A DNA stretch of 64,000 bases from Camelus ferus (GCF_009834535.1 NC_045697.1:20772001-20836000); one strand, 5' to 3'. Shown: positions 38,358-52,499, numbered from the stretch's first letter. Made by a program: numbers and translations. The notes: a model not told the origin generated them from the letters alone.

Positions 38358-38708
38358 TGTAATGAACTGAATGTGCTTTCTAAAAAATCATGTGTTGAAA
38401 TTCTAACCCCAAGGTAAGGATACCAGGAGGTGGGGGCTTGGGCAGGTGATTAAGTCATGAGTGTGGAACACTCACAATGGGAGTAGTGCCCTTATAAAAG
38501 AGATCCCAGACAGCGCCTTTGCCCCTTCTGCCATGTGAAGACAATAAGAAGATGGCTGTCTATGAACCAGTAAGCAAGCAGGCATCAGACACCAAATCTG
38601 CTGCTGGCTTCATCTTGGACTTCCCAGTCTCCAGAACTGTAAGAAATAAATGTTTAAACTACTCAATCTATGTTATTTTTGTTCTAGCAGTCTGAATAGA
38701 CTAAGACA
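38358..38708 (+). mobile_element. MLT1A0-like MaLR solo LTR
   Basis: TGTAATGAACTGAATGTG...GCCCTTATAAAAGAG...CATCTTGGACTTCCCAGTCTCCAGAACTGTAAGAAATAAATG...GACTAAGACA. Confidence 0.9.
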
Positions 38709-39219
38709 GAGGCTGGAAGTTCATGAAGATTTACGGAAACAATCAAGACACGTGAGCAAGTCCCATATATAAAATTGTATCCCCATGTTATTTTATGTAA
38801 GTACATACTTTCTTTCAAAAAAGTACATGTTAAAAGACATTTAGAATTTAGACTGTATTTATTTTGCTACCAAATCTACTTACAATTGTTATGTTACCTC
38901 AAAATGTGAAAAGACAGAAAAACAGGAAAAATAGTTTTGAATTAAGTTATTTCAAATAAACAAATATAATAATTAAAGAAAATCATGAACTTCTTAAGAA
39001 CAAGGACTATGAATAAATAACTACAGATTTTGATGTTTTATAATAAACATACTTCATGCTCAAATGCAATGGTTAAGATTTAGTTGGCTATATGTTTGCT
39101 ACTATTTTATGAGTATATTTTAGATGATAAAATTTGTAGTCAGTTTCTAACATGTACACACTATATCTTAAGATTTTCTTAATAAATGTTTCCCTAAAAT
39201 CATGTACTCAATTGCATTT

Positions 39220-39710
39220 TTAAATTATTCCATTCAGTATGCATAAGTGACATTATATCAACAGAAATTGAAATTTCAAATATTCATCACAATTGCAACC
39301 TATGAAAACAACTATTCACTTTTTCTAACGTTCTATTATGCATTTCTGTATTCTTATTTGTGTTTGTGTCTGTATGCATTAGCTTATGCTTTATGTGAAA
39401 GTTATCATAGCATAAACATTTTTACATCGTTGCATCGTGTCCGTAGATATCATTTAAGTAAACACATCAAATGTATTTAATTGATGTAACCTAATTTCCT
39501 TAACCGTGTTATCTTGCTTAAAGACAATTTTTCTTCCAGATTTTTATCACTGGTGATAAAGTCACAATGGATAACTTCAGATATTGCAGTTTTCCTCTAA
39601 TTTGGATGATTATCTTAGGATAATTTACTAATAGTCAAAATATATGAACATTTTAAGACACCACAATTATCGTCAAATCACTTTTCAAAAAAGTTTTACC
39701 TGTTGCATTT
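39220..39710 (-). mobile_element. Old L1ME-type fragment
   Basis: Degenerate antisense L1 3' sequence, e.g. AAATATATGAACATTTTAAGAC...AAATCACTTTTCAAAAAAGTTTTACC. Confidence 0.5.
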
Positions 39711-41889
39711 TATGTTGTCTTTATTGTTAGTATTGACTACACTACTTCATGGGCAAAAACAATGGAAACAAACACTACAAATACTACTTCCTGGAGAAGA
39801 ACGTGTTTATAAATCAAGCCTAGTTCTTGGAAACCCCATCTACTGTGGGTAGACACTGAGATCCCGAGGAGAGGGGACAGTATTCAGTTACAATCTGAAT
39901 ATGTAGGACAGGAGGTTGATTTAATAAATATGTTGAGTTCATAAACATCAAAAGAAGCAGAGAGAAATACAACTCAGAGATAAAGAAGGAAAGCAGGAAG
40001 AGAATCACTTCTCGGACAACCTGGTTTACAGGAATGCATTACACCACCTGCAGTGGCTCAGGAAGAACGGCACCAAGGAGAACCGTTTCCTCCCACAAAA
40101 TCAGAAAGCGCATGAGTCCCATCCAGATGGACAAGGGAGCAAACATTCAACAGTCTGCCCTTTCCTTGAATATATTTATGATTTCTTATTTTTGGTTGAT
40201 GTACAAGTAAATGACCACTCTGTTGGTTTTAAAGGTGAAGGTAGTTAATGTGCTCTCTGCCAGGGGTCTCAGCGGTTCCTAAGAAGATGTGGGGCACACC
40301 TGCAATGGATATCCTGCAGAATGTAGACAGCTGAGCGGAGCCAGAAGGAGGAAAGGGGGGCAACGGGATTACCTATAAAATGTGCAGTGGCATCTTTAAG
40401 CTCCATTTTTACTTAATGGATGCTAGCTTCCTACTGTCTTCCTCGGCAACTAGCTTGTCCTTATTTCTATTGTCTTATTTAAAAAGTAATATGTAGTTTT
40501 CTTGTTAATGAGAATGACACACTATTTAGTAAACCTTAGATCTTTCCAAAGGTATTTTCATTCACCACATAAAATATTAATTATCAGCAAAGTCAGTGTG
40601 TGTACTTGAGAAAGAGGAGAGAAGAGAGAATGAGAGAGAGAGAATCAATCTTTTTTAAAAATGGGAAAAATCTATAAGATTTCTTGAGGCAGCTATTCAC
40701 TATTCCCCCAAGCTCTATTTATAACTGCTATGAAATAATAATCCCCTTTTCTTGTTCACTTTTATAGGCCTGTCTACAAGCCTTAGAAATATTGTGTTTG
40801 GATGAAGAGGCAGAAATCTTAAAAACAGAAAAATCAAGATTTCAGCCTTTGAGCCTTAGCAGAGGAACCTGCTGGCAGAGGCTGGTATTTTTATTTAACC
40901 CCTAACGAAAAGATTTATTATCAAATGTTTGTGAGTTTTGAACAAAATTATATGTAACTGGTCTGCCACACACATACAGATACAATTAGAATTCCAAGCC
41001 TGTTCCAAGTTGTGCTTCTGAATTATTTATCTATGAAGTCAAGCTGAATTTTTCAGATCATCTTGAGACTTAATTGGGTCCCACTTTTGACCTAAGGAAA
41101 CCACTTGCCTAACCGGTAGTCTTCTTGTTAAAAAATAATGTTTCAGAAGAGCGTTGGTTGAAAGTTAAAACCAGGTAACAGTAGAGAGTACAGTGCACTG
41201 AAAATGACAGAGAGACAATATATTGTTTTTGTTTACTTTCATCATCTCTTCCCTCAAATTCAGTTAACCCACATGAAATCATTAGCTTTAAAACCAATGG
41301 AAACTTGACTTTCATACCTTATTGGTTTAACAAGAAAAAAGAATAGCTTTACTTGAATTTGTCAGAATATAGAAACCTGTCATAACTCTTAGATTTAACT
41401 CTTTTAGATGTGTACTCCTGGCCTTAAGACAGGTTATTAACTTAAATTGGTGCTTTGAGAATCACTCGTCTCCTGCAAACAATAGATACATTTGTCTGCA
41501 CTTAACATAGCTGCGCCAGAGTCTGAAAGGTCGCACCTGTAAAGTGAATGTACTGGCATGATCCTTTATTTAGGTATCAGACGTAGACATTTTAAAGTTT
41601 CTACTAGGAACTAGCTCATGTGAAAAATCAAATGTTTCAACAGTATTTCAGAAATAAGTATTTTGGAGTAGATGAAATGGTTCCCCAGTTAATATCCACC
41701 AAGTAAACTGCGAACAATCCCATGACGGCAAAGTTACCAAGCCAGGTTTCTGGGAACAGCAGCTCGTTTATACGTGCTCCAGGTAGTTCCAGAAAATGTG
41801 AAGATCTATCAAGGACCTTGACAAATTTTTAGGACCTATAGAATCTTTGGTCCTGTGTATCTACACACTGAAAATAAAGAGCAATAAAA

Positions 41890-42115
41890 TGTATGGTGGT
41901 GTTTAACATTCCGAATTTTGGAGTTAGACAGCTCTGGAATGGATCCTGGCCCTGCCTTTTAGAGGACATTTGATTTTAATCCCACTGAGAGTCTTCAGTT
42001 TTGTCTTCTTTAGAGTGAAGAAAACATCTATTTCATAAATTTGCCATGAGGCATAAGTAAAAAATGTGAATATGGAACGTAGTATGATGCTTGTGGTAGT
42101 TGCTAAATAAATCAT
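41890..42115 (+). mobile_element. MIR SINE
   Basis: TTTGGAGTTAGACAGCTCTGGAATGGATCCTGGCCCTGCC...TCTTCAGTTTTGTCTTCTTTAGAGTGAAG. Confidence 0.7.
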
Positions 42116-42973
42116 AGTGATATAGTGATTTAGAATATACTGATTATATTTGGCTTCCTACATTTAGAGGAATAAATGATATATAATATTAAAGTATGAC
42201 ATAATATATTATAGTTTCTTATATGTATGTTATGTATTTTTCATTTAATAACTTGATTTGAGCTCTCTTTACTTGACTCCCTCACTCATTCTTAATGTGT
42301 GAACTCCTTTAATATACCATTTCTGTGTTGGCTTATTCTTCATGTTTGTGAGGATTCTCTACCTCATCTGTCTTATGCTAGATTAGTGACTAATACTCTA
42401 GGCTCCCCAAATAACATGTGCTTATTTAATCTTGTTACTTTTTACATTTAATTGCAATACTGGCTTACTTTTATATAATTCAGTGAAAAAAGCTCTAAGA
42501 AGGCATAAACCCCTTATGTGTGTGTGGTGTGGTGTGATGTATGTGTGTGTGCTATTCCTCCAGTTTAGCAGTGTCTGATTCGGAGAAGGATCTCAATAAA
42601 AGCCATTGTCTGAACTGAGACATGTTGGGCTATTCCACCACACCGGTCACGATGGAACCAAAACATTTCAACTCACCAAAAATGAAGGTGAATCACATTT
42701 ACTTGTGTTTCAAGGATAAAACATTTTGCATTAACCCGCTGGCCCTTGCTGATTTGTAAAAGCTTATATCTTTTCAAACTGTTAGAACAGACAAGATTGA
42801 ATAATAATGATGCTGTCGGCAGAACAGCTGTGAAACAAATACTCAGAACAAATTTTCTTTAGTTTTCAATTACTTCCCCTTTTATAATAAAGGGTTAAAA
42901 TAGGTAAGTCACAGTTTAAAAGGAAGGTTAAGTTTTTAAGAGAAATTTTTCTTTAGAAGAAAAGAAACCCGTA

Positions 42974-43033
42974 GTATATACACCTTAACTTACAAAATGT
43001 TACATGTCATGTATACCTCAATAAAGCTGGAGA
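42974..43033 (+). mobile_element. Very short 5'-truncated L1 3' terminus with TSD
   Basis: TATACACCTTAACTTACAAAATGTTACATGTCATGTATACCTCAATAAAGCTGG, flanked by the imperfect direct repeat GAAAAGAAACCCGTA / GAAAAATGAACCCATA. Confidence 0.75.
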
Positions 43034-45769
43034 GAAAAATGAACCCATAACAAATTCCATATACTCCAAGAAAATATTTTAGTATGTTATATAAATAAAT
43101 ATTAAACAGAGGCGGCTTCATACATTACAAAATATTCTCATGAATTCTTCCACAGGTAATTGAAAAATAATATGATGCGTCTGAAAATGCTCAGAATCAT
43201 GGAAAAGTAGAAGACCCCCTCCCATATCTATCCACCCAATGAGACAGAAACTTTTCAGACAATTTGAGAAAAGGCTTTGCTTATTTATTTTTATATTTAA
43301 AAGCTGTCATCAGATGGATATCTACTAGACAGTTGGTTTTGCTTCAAATCATAAATCTGTCATGACCAGCTTTATCATTTGCTGTCTGACACTTTCCAGT
43401 ACTAATAATCTCTGTGAAGAATAAGAAGCTGGAGTGGAGAACTCTCTGTGAATCCCCTCTGTAGTACATTTGTCAGTTTCATGTTTTTAACTCCCGTCTG
43501 CTACTGTGGGGACATTTCTAATTCATTCTCATTTGAGAGTCTTCATTTTATCTACTTTTCAGAGTGCAGTGTTATCTGATGTTATTTCATGCTGAGATGA
43601 AACACTGACTGTATCAGTGGGGATAACTGCTGAGAAGAAAGAACAAAAGAATTGCATATATCTAACAGTCCAGAATTTTCACTGGGGTTGTGCTGAGCTA
43701 GAAGATTTACTTATATCCCAGAAGGATTGTTTCATAATATAGCAGTTTCTATAAACTTTGAGACTTGCAAAGGAAGTAAGAACTCAACCACAAGTTTCAC
43801 ATGTGGGTGCAATTTTCAAAGTGATCTTATTTTTGTCACTTTCTTTTTATTTCCCATAAGAAGACAGTTTTGCATATGCAACGAAATTGTCCTTGGGAAC
43901 TTTGATCTAAAGGATAAAACTTAAGGGCTTAATCTCTGAAAATAGGCAAAAACTTTATATTTATTGATCTGATTACTTTGCAAATGTGCTCAGAAAAGTG
44001 CAGTTTGGAGTAAACATTTAAAAAAACCACAGAACAATGAAAATAATTGATAAGACTATGTAATCCACAGTTTTAAAAAAAATTAACTACAGTTTAGCTT
44101 TTTTTCTTAGAGCATAGTTAAGTTCCCATGCCTAACACACATTGTAAAACAAGTTTCATTTTAGATGAACAGAATATGAGAATATTAAAAAATTTAAACA
44201 ATCTGAACATATCTTGAAAGTCTTTAAAGATCATGTGATAAAACTCCTAGCAGATTTTAGCTTTACCCTATGTGAGACTATCGGCAATCGTTTTCAAACA
44301 TGATACGTTGTTACACCAGTTTGGGGGTAAATTAGACAATATTTATAAAACTCTTCACATCAGTTTTGAAGCATACTGTAATATAGCAGTTGATGAAAAA
44401 CAGAAGTCGGTGTAGTAGTTAGTGATGGTAGTAGTAATAATAATAATTTTGGTAATTTCCTTTTTTGAAAAGCTAGTTTAAAAGATACTAATAATATTTG
44501 ACATCAGCGATTATCAGAGTCACTAATGAATAGATTAGATTTGTAGTTTCCATGCCATAATTCATGTTTGTATGCAAATTATGTTATTATAATTACAGGC
44601 CATTGCTTATAAAGACAAAGCTATTTATGTGTTAGGTTAATGTTTAATTGGCATGCATAGAATTATAATCAAATGCAAAATAAGTGTGCTTCATCTTAAT
44701 TACATTCATATTTGTAAGGACTTTCTCTTCTCTTCCTCTCTCACAGAAAAGAGAAAATATTTCATAAAAACCTTCATAGTAAGAAACACCATATTGTTCA
44801 TTATTCAATCCATTAGCGGAAATTAAAGAGAACAGGTTGTTCATTTGTAATGCAGTGATCCTCACTTTACCTTCCATTACAGTGAAATTCTGACCTCAGA
44901 GTTTCAGGTTTGATCCCAAATCTTTGATCCTGGTTATCAATTTGTTAACCCACAGCAATATATTTGATGCACTTCTAGGTTTGATCGTTTATATAAGAAA
45001 GATAATACTCTTGGTTGTCAAAATAATCATTGAGTATTCAATAGTAGACATGTTTATATTTTACTATATGATAAGTGAGAAGATAGAGAAGATAGTATAG
45101 TTCAAGGTTACTTTTAACCTTAATATATTCATCTATCTTGGAAGACTATAACACATCAAAAACCATGCTGTGGCTGATATACCATAGAAATCCTCATAAA
45201 GCAGGTGACTGGATGGGGGAAAATCTGAAGAAAAATTAAAATATTTTATCAAAATTATTGTATACCAGTACTCAGGTGATTACAGGAATACGTGAAACAT
45301 TGCAGGGCATAGAAAAGTATAAGTTACTTGAATTATAGCCATAAACAGAATAGTATAATGATCACAGCAAAAGTGAAAAGAGAGTCCGTTGATAAACCAT
45401 TCAGTAGAAGGGAAAGGACGAGTGCAGTTAGGACATGACACAAGCTTGTTTCCCTAATCTAAGAGTTACAAATTTAATTGCGTAGAGATGTGGGATACAT
45501 TCCTTAAACAGAATTCAGTGGACTGAGTGGCATCTGATATTCGGTCTCAGTATCCAGTATCAACAGAGAATGCTGAAATGTAGTGACCTGGAGGGCAAGG
45601 TCCCTGTCCAAAGGCACAGACACTGATTCGCATCTGATAATTATGATAATCTAGTATTGTCATGTTTTTCACAAAGAGAAGTCCAAATAGCTATGTGAAC
45701 TCTATCCTATTTTGTTTTTCATTAAAAAAAGCAAAATTTAACTTTTGGTGTAATTTTTTTTAGTATATT

Positions 45770-47266
45770 ATAGTTTTTTTTAAGCAGCATAGATAGTTGC
45801 ACAACAAAATTGAGCAGATGATACATAAATTTCCCATGTATATCCCCTGCCCCCACACAGTACAGCTCCCTCCATTATCAGAATCCCCTACATTTGTTAC
45901 GTTTGATGAGCCTACACAGACACATCATTATTAGCCAGAGTCTACAGTTTACATTAGCTTTCATTTTTGGTATTGTGTACTCTGTGGGTATGGACAAATG
46001 TGTAATGACATGTATCCATTATTATCAGTATCATACAAAACGTTTTCATTGCCCTAAAAATCTTCAGTATTCTGCCTCATCATCTCTCCTTCTCAGTTAA
46101 CTCCAGCAACCACTGCTCTTTTTATTTTCTCCAAAAGTTTTGTCTTTTCAAGTATGCCAGTCATATAGTTAGAATCATACAGTATGTAGCCTGTTAGCTT
46201 GGAATCTTTCATTTAGTAACATACATTAAAGTTTCCTCCACATTTTCTCGTGCTTTGATAGCTCATTTCTTTTAGCACTGAATAATATTTCATTATCAGC
46301 ATGTACCACAATTTGTTTTTCCATTCATCTACTGAAGGACATGTTGGTTGCCTCCAAGTTTTGGAAATTATAAATAAAGCTGCTGTAAACATCAGTGTGC
46401 AGGTAGACACGAAAGTAGACACAGATTTTCAGTTCCTTTAATATATCTTCACCATCATTTGATGTTGTCAGCATTTTGGATTTTGTTCTTTCTAATGAAC
46501 GTGTAGTGATATCTCTTCCCTGTTTTAATTTGAGATGCCTTAATGACATATGAGGCTAAATACTATTTCATATGCTTATTTTCCATCTATATATCTTCCT
46601 TGCTGAGATGAGTGTTCAAGTCTTTTGCCCATTTTTAATTGAATTGTTTGTTTTCTTATTATTCAATTTGAAGAGTCCATTGTATATTTTGAACTGTCCT
46701 TTACCAAATACCTCTTTTGCAAATATATTCTCCCAGTTTGTGGCTTGTCTTCTAATTCTCCTGTCATTGTATTTCACAGGACAGGTTTTTAATTTTAATG
46801 AAGTCCAGCTTATCAATTTTTTTCTATCATGTTTCATGCTTTTGGTGATGTATTTAGTCATAACCATATCCAAGGGCGGTTAGATTTTCTCCTATACTAT
46901 CTTTCAGGAGATTTATAGATTTGTGTTTTATACTAGGTCTATAACTCATTTTACTTAATTATTATGAAGAGTGTTATGTCTCTGCCTATATTTTTTTCTG
47001 CACGTGGATGTCCAATTGTTTTACCACCATCTGTTGAAACGACTGTATTTGCTCCATTTAATTGTCATTGCTCCTTTCTCAAAGATCAGCTGATTATTTA
47101 TATGGATCTATTCTTGTCTGTTTATTCAGTTCTTTTGATCTATTTCTCTATTTTTTTAAAAAATACGCTGCTATCTGATTCCTGTAGCTTTATAAAGTCT
47201 TGGGAGTCACATAGTATCAGTCCTTTAACTTGGTTCTTCTTGTTCAATATTATGTTGACTATTCTG
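45770..47266 (-). mobile_element. L1MC-like element, 3'UTR and ORF2 C-terminal remnant
   Basis: Minus-strand ORFs give L1 ORF2 peptides: RRQATNWENIFA, MFTAALFIISKTWRQPTCPSVDEWKNKLWY and ILNKKNQVKGLILCD. The 3'UTR is L1MC1/2-like. Confidence 0.9.
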
Positions 47267-47879
47267 TTTTTATTTTTTATTTTTTGCCAAATCAATCCAT
47301 TTTTAAATATTAAAAAAGTAGTTACTTTATTTTTTAATATTGTGTGTGCCAATACTATACAGGTCAATTTCAACATCTTTACAAACTACTTTTAGACCAC
47401 AGATGGTGAATGTGTAAAGCCCGCCCAGTGTAGCAATACAGTATTTTGAAAAGATTTCTAGAGAATTTCTGTTTAGTATTATGGAAGGAAAATGAGAAGA
47501 AAATTTGGGTTCTCTTCGAAACTGCTGTTCAGAAGGACTAGAGCAGAGCTGACCATCTGAGAGCTCTCCCAGCAGACCAGATGTCACGATGAGAGCCTGT
47601 GTTTACTCAGAGCAGAAGCAGGGACTGTGCCTACCTAGACTCACAGTAAACTGACCACCAAGGAAACTACATCCAAGAGAAACAGATGCCAAGAGGGACT
47701 CTTGGTTGCTTAGAACAGGAATAACTGCTGGAACCACACAAGGAAGTATCACTGAAAGATGGAAATTTGACAGAAAGGCTCTTTCTGTTTCATTATAATA
47801 TGGCCTTCTCATTTTCATATTCTGGGTGGAAACAATAATTCCTTGACTTAATCATACCTCTACTTGATTCAGGTCCTTT

Positions 47880-48220
47880 GAAAAATTTATGCCTGTCATT
47901 CAGAATGCTTCCTCTGACTTTATACTAAAAAAATTCAAGCACTATTTCCTTAAATAAGCCTTTCTGATCCCCAAGATTATACCAAAATTTTATAGCATAG
48001 ACTCTCATGGTACCTTATAGTTCCACTCCATATACTTATCCTCAACCAAACTGCTAATCTTATATCTATGTGTTCAATTTTATATCATCTACCAGAATAT
48101 AAGCTTCTATAGTGGCTGGAGCCACAAGGTTTATTCCCCAGTATATTTTTTGAACCTAACACTGTCTTTTGCATAAAGTCAGAATAAGGTAATATTTGTT
48201 GACTGAATGAATAAATGTAA
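47880..48220 (+). mobile_element. L2 3' end
   Basis: ACCAGAATATAAGCTTCTA...AATATTTGTTGACTGAATGAATAAATG. Confidence 0.7.
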
Positions 48221-51200
48221 ATGGATATATGGTTGGCCTTTGTGGGTATACTATTTTCTGAAAAGACAGTAAGGAAACATTATTTCATTTAAATACTTGG
48301 TGGAAATAAAAATTAAAAAATAAACCCACAGGTGTACTAAAAAAACCATAGATGACTATAACCTGGGCAAAAGAAGTCCTTCAGTTTTGAACCATCATAG
48401 CCTAACTTGAAAATAATTGCCAAATGCAAATAAATCATCAGGAAACGAAAACTATACTGTTCACCTTGTTGTGAGTTAAAGGTTAGTTCCTTTTTCGTAC
48501 ATCTATAACTATGTTCACATTAATTCAAGACATACCCACTGAAAGCTTTCTTTGTTTTATGGAATTAGTCATTCATTTTAAGTGGGCAAGTTCAGAATCG
48601 TGACATGATTTTCCTTACAATTTGTAAAAGCCTTAGATTATTATGTTGGGATTTTATTTTCTTGAAATTTCTAATAATAAAACAAAATTGCAGTTTCACA
48701 GCTGTGATGGTTCCTTTGTTTCCATAGAAGAGTTTTTTTTTTTTTTTTAAATAAAGCAAGGACTGAGAATCCATCCATATTCAAACGTTCCCCTTGCATG
48801 ATGGCTCAATTATTATTGTTGGTACTAATCATCTCAGTACTTGGCGAGACTCATTCATATTGCAGGAAAGCAAACTTTCCCAGAAATCAAAACACCAAAT
48901 GTTCTGAACAAAATAATTGGAGGATAAGAGTCCCCTTAGAATCTGAAATTTTCGCTTGACAGAACCTTGACAAATGTGAGTGGGTGTTTAATCAAAAGGG
49001 TATTTGTCATAGAGCATAGCTCACGATTTCCAACACAGCAAAGGAAATATTTGATTCCTATGGTGCAGCTGGAGTTTAAATCCAGGCAGACCATTCCAAG
49101 TCTGTGATCCAGACTGATCTCTAGTTCAGAAGTCAATGGTTGAAGATTCAGTTTCTGGGCTTTGCACAGATACGAAGGGAATGGCTTACTTTCCTACTGA
49201 ACACTCACAGGTTCTAAGAGCCGAGACAAAGTGCCTGAATGAAAGAAAGATGATGCAGTGTTCCTTTTTGCGTGTTTATAAATATAAATGTTATCATCAT
49301 CAGAGACGTAATGTTTATGTTTATACACATTCACCTTTTGAAAATGATTTAAAAAGAGAGAGAATGTGAATTTATAATTTACTTTTTCTTTACAAAAAAT
49401 TTTTGAAACAATTTTAGATCAACTGGCACATTTTGGAAAATGCCATTTATGAAGTGTGAGTTAGAACATACTTTGGGGAATGTTTAAAGTCACTTATATC
49501 TTCTAATAAAAATCCATCTGGCTACTAGAGTAACACTCCTTTGTCTAACCTGTTTTTCTCCCCATAAGTATTTATTCATTAGAGAAATCAGAAGCTATAT
49601 AAAGAGTATAAAAAGAAGAAAACCCTATTCTTGAAAAAAAAGGGCATGTGTACATATGTAATACTACATATTCAGATTATTTTTTTGAAAAACAATATAA
49701 TAGGTTTTAATTTATATTATACATAATATATTTTACTATCTCTCTCTCTCTCTATATATATATATAAAAATTATTTATTTGGGAAAAACAAAAGATGCTA
49801 TCATTTTTGAGTCCTTACTAAATATTGGACATATCATAAAGGTTTATTTAAAGTAACCCTATTTTACAACTGAACATATTTTAAAGTACATAGTGGTCCA
49901 TTACTGTACACAGTGAGATAACGAAAGAGCCTGGATTTTTAATACAGAGTATCTGACTCCTGAACCCATTTTCTCAATTGCTATGTATAAGAGGTCATTA
50001 ACTTTATTGGATATGTGCTTTTTCCTTCAATAACATTATTTTCATGTAACTTTTATTCCCATTGGCATGCTATTGCTTTTCACTGACTGGTACATCAAAC
50101 TATGCATCTCAAATCGATGTTTCAAGATTGTTTCGATGTTTTACCCTAAGGGGTTATTCGTATGCATAATCAACCCACTTCAGATCAGTCAGAGTGTTGA
50201 TTGTCATACATAGAACCAAGTTCATTGCTTTACTTTTGTGATCCCCTATGACTGGAATGCAATCTCCTTCACCTTGGAGTCCACTTCTCACTCATTCTCC
50301 ATCATCCTGTAACCTAAAGCCACACCTCTTTCCTAAAGCACTCCTTATAACCTAGTCCTCCAGCAACTTCCGTCTCCTTTAAAACTGTACACATCATCTG
50401 CCCAGAGACAGGAATGTATCACATTATACTTCCTATAGACTTATTGCTTTCTTTCTATAACTTTTTATGTGCCCAAACATGTACATCACTGTGCTAGAAA
50501 TTGGAATGTGAAGATGAACAAAATTCATTTCTTCTCTTGATTTGTTCACAGATTGATAACTGTATTTTTTTTGTCACTACAATGGAGACTATGACTGCTA
50601 CATTATATTGAGTATTAAGATCTACAAATTATCTGAATAGCACATTCTGTAAATCTTAATTTGCTAGTTACCATGTTATCAAACCCACTATTCAAAAAAT
50701 GATGGCTACATCTCACAATTAGATTCAAGAGAAACCCAGCAACTTTATACTCCTGCGAAGCAGAACCCTGTGGACCAATACTAAAGGACTGCACCTACAT
50801 GCAGGGTAGCAAAGATCATCACGATGCCAGCGAGAAGGGACAGAGCAAGGTCAGCTCTGAAGGTGTGCATTGGTCCCCACCACTAGTAACACCCCCCACA
50901 CACTATCCCTGCCCCCCCTCAAGCTGATGCAGGGCAACTGGCCTACATGCATCCTCTAGTGCTGCAGTAGGAGGACGTCTTTCCCTGGTCCATCAAGTCT
51001 GAAACACTGAAAGTCGGGGCTTGCCTGAGAGCCACTGTGGCACATGAGTAAGCAGAACAAAGGAACACTCACTGAGCACAGAACAGGGGGAGATATCCCC
51101 ACACAAGTTGCTAAGCCTGGCACAGGCCATGTGGGCACTTTACCTCAGTAAGGAATTGTTTCAGGCCCAATATCCATTCTTAAGTGACTGAGCAGGGGTA

Positions 51201-51911
51201 AAAAGGCTACATGCATGCTTTTTCCAACACTTGTACTATATGAGAAAATATATTAACAAATACAAATGAATTGACCCCAGTGGAAAGGGTAAGTGATCCA
51301 TTTACATTATGTATGGACAGGCTGCTCAGCCATTCCCTCGTATCTACTGTACGCTATTAGGGATTCCTGTTATGTTCAACTGGGATTCTCACCTTTAAAA
51401 TGAAAAAAAAAAAAAAAAAAAAAAGACACAAAAGATAAACTGGATTTTGGCAGCATACAGCAGATGTTTTTATTGGTGTTCATGAGTTTAAGAAAATCAC
51501 TTACAATAATATCCTGTTCAATAGGTTCTGGGAAATTTTGAAAGAAATAGTGGCCGCTAATCACATATTTGTATGTCAATGACAATCCAACCTCAATTAT
51601 GCTTTACTGTTTGTCCAAATTTTCCCTCAGCGCATCAGTTTTTTTTCCCCATAATCAGAAATCTGTTTTCTTCCAACACTGTAAGATCTTTGAGACAATG
51701 AACAAATATATTTTACTTAGGCATACTTCATCACATGCCTAATATATTACCATGTTGGAGAAGGAGCAGACAATAAAAGTGGGTGGATTAAAGAAATAGT
51801 TTCAGATGGAGGTGAAGATAATTTGTCAACATTACATTCTGTTTCTATACAATCCTTTCACCTCATACTCTATCAATGCGATATATTTAAAATAGCATTT
51901 ACCACAGAGGG

Positions 51912-52499
51912 TGTATTACATTTCTATTGGTGTATGAAGAATACAGCAAACTTAGAGCTAACAACTCCACACTATTTCACAATTTCTGTGCATGAGAATC
52001 CTGGGATGACTGCTGAATCTTCTGCTCTGGATCTCACAGGCTGCAATTAAGATGTCAGGCAGGTGGCATGGTCATCTGGATACTTGACTGGGGATGAAGG
52101 TGCTTCCAAGCTCAGCCATGCTGTTGGCAGCATCTGCCTCCTTGTGGCTGTGGGACTGAGCACCTGGTTTTCTTGATGGCTGCTAGTTGAAGGTCACTCT
52201 CAACCTCTAGAGGCCACCTGTGGCTTCTTACCACATGGTCTTCTCACAGGATGGGAGCTTATTTCTTCATGGCCAAGAAGAGAATCTCTCTCTTAAAATG
52301 GTTGCAACTGTAATATAATCTGACCTTGGGAGTGAAGTCCTAACACTTTTGAAATATGACATAACCTAAACAAAGGAGTACCATCTTATCACTATTTCCA
52401 TTTTTTATTGATCAGAAGCAAATCACAGGTCTTTCTCATACTCAAAGGGAAAGGATTATACATGAGTGTATCTACCATAATTGATGTTCTTTTGTCACA
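51912..52499 (-). mobile_element. MLT1E-like MaLR solo LTR
   Basis: TGTATTACATTTCTATTG...CTTCCAAGCTCA...GGCTGTGGGACTGAG...CACA. TSD GAGGG / GAGGA. Confidence 0.85.

Noticed and set aside
46213..47395. Cluster of 69-143 aa ORFs
   Set aside because: These are broken L1 ORF2 fragments (minus strand) and their antisense shadows, not a gene.
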